Positions 1 to 6,995 of a stretch of DNA of 64,000 bases are shown here, piece by piece. A program made the translations under genes and the position numbers. Each line of letters starts with the position of its first letter. Position 1 is the first letter of the stretch. The stretch is taken from contig JAFSOA010000008.1 in NCBI GenBank assembly GCA_017447265.1, positions 15,167 to 79,166 of the forward strand, written 5' to 3'. The notes beneath the pieces were generated by a model that saw only the letters and a list, made by a program, of their open reading frames with translations, ran no database searches and was not told the DNA's origin. This DNA is from Bacteroidales bacterium (GTDB lineage: Bacteria; Bacteroidota; Bacteroidia; Bacteroidales; UBA932).

Positions 1-1320
1 CAGGCCGCCGAGATTGCCCGATGCCGCCCCCTTGAACATCGACACAATGCTGCTTCCGGTTTCCTTGAGGGTCTTGGCGCTCATCTTGACACCCCCGATG
101 GTACACGCCGCTTTGTCTTCAGCCTTGTCAGCCACCTGCTTCATGTCACCGTTGATGCCGGCAGCGACGGTGCTGTAGAGCGAAACGTGGCTGTTGTTCC
201 AGGAGCGCATGGTCAGGGTGATGAAGTCATCGGAAAGGTCGATGCCCGGACGGTAGAGAGACAGGTCGATGTCGAAAGCCCACCATCCTGCAGCGGGCAT
301 GACGTACCCCTCGACAGAATAGTTGTTCACCCAGGGTGTGACGTACTGAGTAAAGCCCGAGCCGGTCTGCCCAAGCTGGGCCTTGTCCTTCAGTGTCAGG
401 TCGTTGGGGATGCCGTATCGGATGGGCATCAGTTTGGAAATCTCATCGCCGGTATTCACCTGCCACATGTGGTCGTTGGCGTCGCTGACGTTAAGTCCCT
501 GGGGAATGTAAGTAAAGAAACGCAGGATGCCGGTGTACTTGTTGTAGAGGGCGAAGTAGTTGTAATTCTTCAGGGGCGAGATCCCGCAGTAGTTAAGCGC
601 AAGTTCCCATCCGTTCTCGGGAGTGATGTAGTCGCAGAAGTCCTGGGCCAGATTGCTCTCGCGCTGGTCTTTGTTCCAGGGCAGGGGGATAATGGAGAAC
701 CCGTTCTTTGAAGGATGGTCGGTGCCGTAGCCGTCATAGATGTAGATCCACTCCTCCGTGCGCCATGCAGTGGGAGTAAAGTCTGTATTCGCGGCAAAGT
801 TTGAAGGCGCGAGTCCACCGTTCGCGGCCCAGTCCCATTCTTTGATCAGGGCCGTCATCGCATCGCTGGCCTTGTCCATGGTGAAGCCCGATTTGCCGTC
901 GGAGGCCGTAATGCTTCCTCCTGAGTATGTCATTGTCCAGTTCCTGTAGTAGTCGGCATACTCAATATATGCCTTATCGAAGTTCAACTTGATGCTTCCG
1001 CCGACAGACGTGGTATAAGTCAAACCGGCCACTGATTCACCGCCGATGACATATATGGGATCACCCTCATCGTCATTGAAGAAAAACGTCACCCCATAAC
1101 CGCTGCCGGTTTCGCCAAGGAACACTGCGTTTCCTATCCGGGTGTAATCCGCACCGCCGAAATTTTCCGGCAGGGTACCCTTTTGTTCAATCAGTTTCCA
1201 CCACATGCCGGCGACCTCGGATGCCAGCGGGTTCGGCTCAAGTTCTTTCGCTTTGTCACAAGAGGAAAAACCCAAGACAAGCGGGAACAGCATCATAATG
1301 ATTTGTACAAATCTTTTCAT
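1..1320 (-). CDS. hypothetical lipoprotein; C-terminus runs off the left window edge
   Basis: Manual reverse-strand translation from ATG at 1320 stays open to position 1. It is absent from the ORF track because it is truncated. N-terminus MKRFVQIIMMLFPLVLGFSSC has a lipobox Cys and the composition is ordinary. The + strand ORF 187..711 reads like an antisense shadow. Confidence 0.75.
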   Translation of the reverse strand, partial: MKRFVQIIMMLFPLVLGFSSCDKAKELEPNPLASEVAGMWWKLIEQKGTLPENFGGADYTRIGNAVFLGETGSGYGVTFFFNDDEGDPIYVIGGESVAGLTYTTSVGGSIKLNFDKAYIEYADYYRNWTMTYSGGSITASDGKSGFTMDKASDAMTALIKEWDWAANGGLAPSNFAANTDFTPTAWRTEEWIYIYDGYGTDHPSKNGFSIIPLPWNKDQRESNLAQDFCDYITPENGWELALNYCGISPLKNYNYFALYNKYTGILRFFTYIPQGLNVSDANDHMWQVNTGDEISKLMPIRYGIPNDLTLKDKAQLGQTGSGFTQYVTPWVNNYSVEGYVMPAAGWWAFDIDLSLYRPGIDLSDDFITLTMRSWNNSHVSLYSTVAAGINGDMKQVADKAEDKAACTIGGVKMSAKTLKETGSSIVSMFKGAASGNLGGL

Positions 1321-1490
1321 CTGAAAAAAAATGATTAATTCGCGATGCAAAAATATAAAAAATTCGGGCGTAGCCGTGCGACATTTTTATAAACCTGACG
1401 ACATTTTTCGCGAAGCGGCAGAATTCGGATTCTCAAAGCCACTTTTGTCTCTAAAAAGCCTTAATTTTGTCTTGCAAATACGTTTGATTC

Positions 1491-3161
1491 ATGAGAAAGC
1501 ATCTATATTTCATAGCAACCGTCGTACTGGCCATTTCCTGCTCCTCTCCAGCAGAAAAGGCCGCTGTGGCGGACGAGCAGGCATATTCTCCAGCCCATAT
1601 TCAGTCTCTGGCGCAGACTGACTATGAGGCGGCGATGAAGCTCACGGAAGAAGCGCTCCGAAAAGGCGGGATGAGTCTTTTCACGGCTAGTACGCTCCGA
1701 GCCAATATAACCTATCAGTTCACGGAAGACTATGATGTGGCCGCAGCTTATATGCGGAAGGCCCTTGACCTTGATGAAGCCAAAGACCCCGGCACCCGCT
1801 CAGAACTCCTGTACCACCTGGTCACCATCCTCAGGAACTCCCGTGACTTTACGGCCCTTCTTTCCGCCTGCACGGAAGGAAAGGAATGTGCCCATAGAGC
1901 GGGCAAGGTCTTTGAGGAGTACTCCTTCGACTTTCTTGCCGGCAACTGCCTGTATGACCTGGGAGAAGATGAGACCGGTTTTGAAATGATGCACTCGGCG
2001 CTCTCGGCTGCCGGCAAAACCGCCGCCACGGAAGCGGAATTCGGCCACCTCCTCTACTTTACCAGTCAATACATCAACAGCCTTCGGGGGGATAAGAACT
2101 ACCAGGGCGCACTCACGGCCTGCACCGCCTACGAAGGTTTCATCGACCGGATGGAGCGCTCATTTCCTGATGTCGATCCGGCCTATATTGACCGTTGCCG
2201 CTTCTATCTGGACATCGGCCGCTCCATCTGCAAATCCTATCTGGGAGAGCCGTCAGCTGCGGCCGCATCGTTCAAAAGCGCTCTGGAGCGGAGCTATGCC
2301 GCCACCACCGGCGGAAAATCCTTCCTGGTGGATTATTACGCCGCATCTGCTCAGCCGGACAAGATTCTGGAGCTCTATCAAAATGATTTGCCGTTCACGG
2401 ATGCCGATACCGTGAGCCGGGCTTACCGGCTCCGCATCGCCCGTCTCAAAGAAGCCTTCGTCAATGCCGGGGATCAGGAGAAGGCGCGTCAGTACCAGGC
2501 CATCTATGACTCCCTGAGCCGGAATCTGGAAGCCAAAGAGCAGGCCGAAGGCACCTTGGTGGGTGCGGCCAAATACGATACGCAGCGATATCGCTTCAAA
2601 TTGGAAGACACAACCGAAGTTCTGCGGAAAAACCAGCGTCTTATCCTTGTCCTCATCCTCGCCTTTATCATCACCATCGGCCTCCTCCTGCTGTTGACAG
2701 CGAAAAAAGCACGCCAGCACAGTGAGGAAACCCAGTCGCTGGAGAAAAGCCTTAGTGCCATCAAGCGCCAGGTCTCCATTATCGCTGAAAGAGATTTTCA
2801 CAAAGAGCCCTCTGACCAGAATGAAGAACAGCTTTCCCTCAAGGAGTTGGTAGAAGGTCAGAAACTCTACCTTAACAAGAACCTCAACCGCCAGAGCGCT
2901 GCCGACCTCCTTGGCAAATCATCCTACGAGATAGACAAGATGCTGGAAGAAATCGCCCCCGGCATTAGCTTCCCCGATTACATCAAGAGCCTCCGGATCC
3001 GGCACGCCCTGGAACTCCTGGGGGAAAATCCCGACATCCCCATATCCAAACTTGCCGACCGCTGCGGCTTCTACACAATCCGCACCCTCCAGCGCTCCTT
3101 CCTTGCCGTCACGGGCAAGACTCCCAGCGAATACGCACAAGAATTGAAAGAAAACAAATAA
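1491..3161 (+). CDS. membrane-anchored regulator: lipoprotein signal + TPR-like region + TM helix + AraC-type HTH
   Basis: N-terminus MRKHLYFIATVVLAISC, a helical repeat region, and a TM segment LILVLILAFIITIGLLLLL. C-terminus LRIRHALELL...ISKLADRCGFYTIRTLQRSFLAVTGKTPSEY is typical of an AraC HTH. Confidence 0.8.
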   Translation: MRKHLYFIATVVLAISCSSPAEKAAVADEQAYSPAHIQSLAQTDYEAAMKLTEEALRKGGMSLFTASTLRANITYQFTEDYDVAAAYMRKALDLDEAKDPGTRSELLYHLVTILRNSRDFTALLSACTEGKECAHRAGKVFEEYSFDFLAGNCLYDLGEDETGFEMMHSALSAAGKTAATEAEFGHLLYFTSQYINSLRGDKNYQGALTACTAYEGFIDRMERSFPDVDPAYIDRCRFYLDIGRSICKSYLGEPSAAAASFKSALERSYAATTGGKSFLVDYYAASAQPDKILELYQNDLPFTDADTVSRAYRLRIARLKEAFVNAGDQEKARQYQAIYDSLSRNLEAKEQAEGTLVGAAKYDTQRYRFKLEDTTEVLRKNQRLILVLILAFIITIGLLLLLTAKKARQHSEETQSLEKSLSAIKRQVSIIAERDFHKEPSDQNEEQLSLKELVEGQKLYLNKNLNRQSAADLLGKSSYEIDKMLEEIAPGISFPDYIKSLRIRHALELLGENPDIPISKLADRCGFYTIRTLQRSFLAVTGKTPSEYAQELKENK

Positions 3162-3173
3162 ATGCACTTCATC

Positions 3174-3710
3174 ATGAAAAGAATCACAATCCTTTTTGCA
3201 GCACTTCTCTGCACAGCGGGCTTGTTTGCCCAGTCATCCAAACTTCCCGTAGTCAAGGATATCGTAGTCATTGAAAACGAGAATACCGGACAGGCGGTCA
3301 GCGTCGTAAATATCCCTCTTGACGGAGTAAACCGCTATTTCCTTCACGTGGGAAATATGGGTATCGGCGACAAGATTGTCCAGGTTGAAGTGGATCCGGT
3401 CTATCGCCTTTACATCCCCCTCGGAAACAACATCACCGACGCTGTTGCAAAGATGGAAGAGCTCAAGACTCTCTATAAAGAGCCCAAAGGCACAATGCGT
3501 GAAATCCAGGGCAGCTTCAAGCCCTTCTTCCCCACGGAAGAGACCGAGACCGTGCAGGTTTACAAGTTCAAACTCCTCTTTGAAAACAAGCTCCAGTTCG
3601 TCATCGAGCGTGACGGCTATGAGCGCGTTGCCTACCTTCCCAAATCCGAATTCAACTCCCTCCTCAGAGGTCTGAAATTCCACGGTAAGTTGTATCCTTC
3701 AGAACTGTAG
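3174..3710 (+). CDS. hypothetical exported protein
   Basis: ORF 3162..3710. The second ATG gives a classic signal peptide MKRITILFAALLCTAGLFAQ. Tightly packed behind the regulator gene. An alternative start at 3162 is possible. Confidence 0.7.
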   Translation: MKRITILFAALLCTAGLFAQSSKLPVVKDIVVIENENTGQAVSVVNIPLDGVNRYFLHVGNMGIGDKIVQVEVDPVYRLYIPLGNNITDAVAKMEELKTLYKEPKGTMREIQGSFKPFFPTEETETVQVYKFKLLFENKLQFVIERDGYERVAYLPKSEFNSLLRGLKFHGKLYPSEL

Positions 3711-3713
3711 CAT

Positions 3714-4340
3714 ATGCGAGTAAAATACTTTTTTGCTGCCCTTGCAGCTTTGTTCCTGTCAGGCGCAGCGCTTTCAGCCCAGACACCGGAAGAAATCGTC
3801 CAAAAAATGATTGCCGAAATGGACCGGGGAGACACCGAAGGTTTCTCGATGGATTTTAACATGAAGATTCCCATCGTCGGGACCGTTTATTCGCACAATA
3901 TGGTCCTTGGCGACAAGATGAAAACCCAACTCACCGGCAAAGACAAGTCTTCCACTTCCTGGTCCGATGCCACCACAAAATGGACCTACGACAGCCGTTC
4001 CGGAGAGATAACCATCGAAAACAAAACCTCCTCGGGAAGCGACAACTCGGACACAAAGGCCTTTGACAACATTGCTGACGGCTACCGCCTGACGCTCAAG
4101 AAGGAAACGGCCGATGCCTGGTACATCGTCTGCAAAAAGCTGAAATCGAACAAAAACAAAGACGACGCCAGGAAAATGGAACTCACGGTGTCAAAGGCCA
4201 CGTATCTCCCCATCTGCCTCCGTGCAAAGGCTTCGCTCTTCACCTTCAGCATCGAGAACTACGCCCTTGGTGTCACTGAAGAAAGCGTCACCTTCGACCC
4301 CGCCGCATATCCCAATGCCAACATTATTGATAAGCGGTAA
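3714..4340 (+). CDS. hypothetical exported protein (possibly a LolA-like lipoprotein-sorting fold; guess)
   Basis: Signal peptide MRVKYFFAALAALFLSGAALSAQ. 4-nt gap to the upstream gene and balanced composition. Confidence 0.7.
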   Translation: MRVKYFFAALAALFLSGAALSAQTPEEIVQKMIAEMDRGDTEGFSMDFNMKIPIVGTVYSHNMVLGDKMKTQLTGKDKSSTSWSDATTKWTYDSRSGEITIENKTSSGSDNSDTKAFDNIADGYRLTLKKETADAWYIVCKKLKSNKNKDDARKMELTVSKATYLPICLRAKASLFTFSIENYALGVTEESVTFDPAAYPNANIIDKR

Positions 4341-4342
4341 GG

Positions 4343-5392
4343 ATGAAAAAAAGTTTATTACTCGCCATCGTCTCCTGCTCGGCCATCCTGATTGGCTGTA
4401 GCAAAATTGACCCCGATACCCCCAAGGAGTACTTTACCCAGTGGAACTCCTGCGAGTCGCTGACTGCCCTGCAGGAATATGTCCAGGATGTTACAAATCC
4501 AACCTCGGCCAATTATATCAAGCCTGTGGACCGGATTGCCACCTTCGACATGGACGGCACCTTTGTGGGCGAACTCTATCCAACCTATTTCGAATACAAC
4601 CTGTTGGAATACCGCGTGCTGGATGACCCCGCCTACAAGGACAAGGCTCCTGAGGATGTGAGGGAAACAGCGCAGGAAATCCGTGACTTCGTGCGCAACG
4701 GGACCAAACTTCCTGACCAGTTCGACATGAAGCACGCACGGGCTGCGGCAACCGCTTATGCAGGGATGACCCTTGCCGAATTTGACGCCTATGTCAAGGC
4801 CTACGCCGCCAAGCCGGCAAACGGCTTCATCGGCATGACCTATGGACAGAGTTTCTACAAACCGATGCTGGAGGTCTTTAAATACCTGGAGGCCAACGGC
4901 TTTACATACTACGTGGTTTCCGGGTCGGACCGTTTCATCTGCCGTGCGCTGGTAGAGGCCATCGGCATAGAGCCCAACCGGGTTATCGGAATGGACGTGC
5001 GGCTGGAATCTTCCGGACAGGGCGATGAGGCCGGCGTCAACCACACCTTCGGCAAAGAAGAAGACCTGGTCCGCACCGACGAACTCATCATCAAGAATCT
5101 CAAGACCAATAAAGTCCTTCAGATATCTCAGGAAATCGGCAAGATTCCGGTGCTGTCCTTCGGCAACAGCGGCGGCGACAGCGCCATGCACAACTACTGC
5201 ATGAGCAACACCCTGAAATCAGCCGCCTTCATGCTCATTGCCGACGACCCGGAACGCGATCACGCCAACCGTGAGAAGGCCTTAAAACTGGGCGAGCAGT
5301 GGCGCGAAGCCGGATACTACGTCATTTCGATGCGGGATGATTTCAGAACCATCTACGGCGAGAACGTGAAGACAACAGCGTTTACATTCTGA
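4343..5392 (+). CDS. HAD-superfamily hydrolase-like lipoprotein
   Basis: Lipobox LIGC. HAD motif I FDMDGTF and a late GNSGGDS motif. Confidence 0.75.
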   Translation: MKKSLLLAIVSCSAILIGCSKIDPDTPKEYFTQWNSCESLTALQEYVQDVTNPTSANYIKPVDRIATFDMDGTFVGELYPTYFEYNLLEYRVLDDPAYKDKAPEDVRETAQEIRDFVRNGTKLPDQFDMKHARAAATAYAGMTLAEFDAYVKAYAAKPANGFIGMTYGQSFYKPMLEVFKYLEANGFTYYVVSGSDRFICRALVEAIGIEPNRVIGMDVRLESSGQGDEAGVNHTFGKEEDLVRTDELIIKNLKTNKVLQISQEIGKIPVLSFGNSGGDSAMHNYCMSNTLKSAAFMLIADDPERDHANREKALKLGEQWREAGYYVISMRDDFRTIYGENVKTTAFTF

Positions 5393-5393
5393 T

Positions 5394-6002
5394 ATGAAAA
5401 AAGTATTATCACTCATCGTCGCAATTATTTATACCGTCTGCACTTATGCCCAAGCAGGGGGCGGCGCGGTATTGGAGAAAGAGTACCAACTCTTTGACTT
5501 CTCCCTCAATGCAAGCCGTCTGGAGGCGGGTATCACGGCAGGCCAGGTAGGCTCGTTTACAGACCGCGCCCGCTTCGGGCTCGGAGCTTATGCCATGTAC
5601 AACGGGTTCTATCTGGACTTTATCAAGGCAGACCCGCAGCACAAGTACGACAGTCACCTGACTGAAGAGCAGTATCACGATAACGCCGCCTTCAGCATCC
5701 ATGCAGGGTACCAGATTCCCATTCTGAAATGGCTCAGGATTATGCCTCTGGCGGGCTATACCCAGACCAACGAAGGCGTTACCGACGGTAAATCCCTCAA
5801 TTACGACTATGATTCAGACGGCGGCAGTTCGTGGTACCACGATTACACTGTGACCCCCGGATCCCGCCTCCACTATTTCAACTATGGAGCCGGCCTTTCC
5901 GTTCAGCCAAGCAAATGGTTCAGCATTAACCTTATAGCCTCCAGATATGCGCTATACGGAGGCATAGGGTTGGATATTATGACTATAGCTAAACATCGAT
6001 AA
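5394..6002 (+). CDS. hypothetical exported protein (possible small outer-membrane beta-barrel)
   Basis: Signal peptide MKKVLSLIVAIIYTVCTYAQA. Alternating aromatic/Gly-rich strands. 1-nt gap to neighbours. Confidence 0.65.
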   Translation: MKKVLSLIVAIIYTVCTYAQAGGGAVLEKEYQLFDFSLNASRLEAGITAGQVGSFTDRARFGLGAYAMYNGFYLDFIKADPQHKYDSHLTEEQYHDNAAFSIHAGYQIPILKWLRIMPLAGYTQTNEGVTDGKSLNYDYDSDGGSSWYHDYTVTPGSRLHYFNYGAGLSVQPSKWFSINLIASRYALYGGIGLDIMTIAKHR

Positions 6003-6003
6003 A

Positions 6004-6579
6004 ATGAAACGTATTCTTACCATCATCGTGCTGGCAGCAGCCTGCACCTCGGGCTTTGCACAGAAAGCCCCTCAGAGCGCTTCTTACAGCGAACTCAAGA
6101 ACTACTACAATGCTTCTGACTATGTAAAGAGCGACGTGGATCCCTATTCTGTCTTCTGGATTGGCCTGGAGTCATTCGGAGCTCCGGGTACAGGCCAGCT
6201 CATTATGAAAGAAACCGGCCGCGGCTGGGCATTCCTCGGTACCAGCGTCGCCCTCGGCGCAGTCCAAAGCGTTCTGACCCAGAATGTTGTTGACTTGATT
6301 GAAAAAGGCGCTGACGGCAAATGGAGCATCCCCGAAGCCAACAAAGACAAAGCCCGCGGCTACCTTGCAGCCGTCGGTGGACTTATGCTTGCCCAACTTG
6401 GCCTCGACATCTGGTCTTGCATCGATGCTGTAAAGATCGCCAAAGTCAAGAACCAGTACTACCAGGATACCAAGGGAAAACACGCCTTCTCCGCAGCCGT
6501 TTACCCCTCCATCGACTTGGCTCAAACCGGCACCTCAGTCGTCCCCACAGCCGGTATGACTTTCGCCGTCAGATTCTAA
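6004..6579 (+). CDS. hypothetical exported/membrane protein
   Basis: Signal peptide MKRILTIIVLAAACTSGFAQ plus internal hydrophobic segments. Last gene of the 3174-6579 same-strand run. Confidence 0.65.
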   Translation: MKRILTIIVLAAACTSGFAQKAPQSASYSELKNYYNASDYVKSDVDPYSVFWIGLESFGAPGTGQLIMKETGRGWAFLGTSVALGAVQSVLTQNVVDLIEKGADGKWSIPEANKDKARGYLAAVGGLMLAQLGLDIWSCIDAVKIAKVKNQYYQDTKGKHAFSAAVYPSIDLAQTGTSVVPTAGMTFAVRF

Positions 6580-6612
6580 ACTGTCGAATCAGTAATAATG
6601 CCATCGGAAGGT

Positions 6613-6714
6613 AGCAATTTGACGCGGGACACCCAAATTGAACTCTGAATCAGCCTCTCACGATGCTGTAAGGGCGGTTTTGGTCAGCAGACTGGAAAAG
6701 TGCGGAAAACAGGA
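6613..6714 (+). repeat. 102-bp direct repeat, copy 1
   Basis: AGCAATTTGACGCGGGACACCCAAATTGAACTCTGAATCAGCC... is identical to 10041..10119 over the first 79 nt. The next ~23 nt carry 3 mismatches. Confidence 0.95.
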
Positions 6715-6720
6715 GAGGTA

Positions 6721-6753
6721 TTTGCAATTTTTTCCGGAAAAAGAGTAAATTTG
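6721..6753 (+). promoter_or_regulatory. Bacteroidetes-type promoter with a palindromic spacer
   Basis: TTTG at 6721..6724 and TAAATTTG (TAnnTTTG -7 consensus) at 6746..6753. A perfect 14-bp palindrome TTTTTCCGGAAAAA (6729..6742) sits between them. Confidence 0.5.
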
Positions 6754-6841
6754 CGGCTCGCGAAATGAGGCAACAGCCCTGTACGGAATTGCCCGTATGT
6801 ATTCGCGTCTGCGTAAATATATAAAGCTCAGCCATATAGCC

Positions 6842-6970
6842 ATGGATCAAACTAAAAAAGCTCCGTATCTCTCACCTGAAGTAAGGGTTTTCGAGGTGAA
6901 AACAGAAGGGGTCATCTGTAATAGCGGCCGCGTTCAAGACTACAACTGGAACCAGTACGAAGAAGAGTAA
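6842..6970 (+). CDS. candidate 42-aa small ORF upstream of the large lipoprotein gene
   Basis: ATG..TAA read by hand: MDQTKKAPYLSPEVRVFEVKTEGVICNSGRVQDYNWNQYEEE. Below the ORF-track size cutoff. Lies between the predicted promoter and the 6996 start codon. Confidence 0.35.
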   Translation: MDQTKKAPYLSPEVRVFEVKTEGVICNSGRVQDYNWNQYEEE

Positions 6971-6995
6971 CGCCCAATTTAAAACGAAGGAAGCA

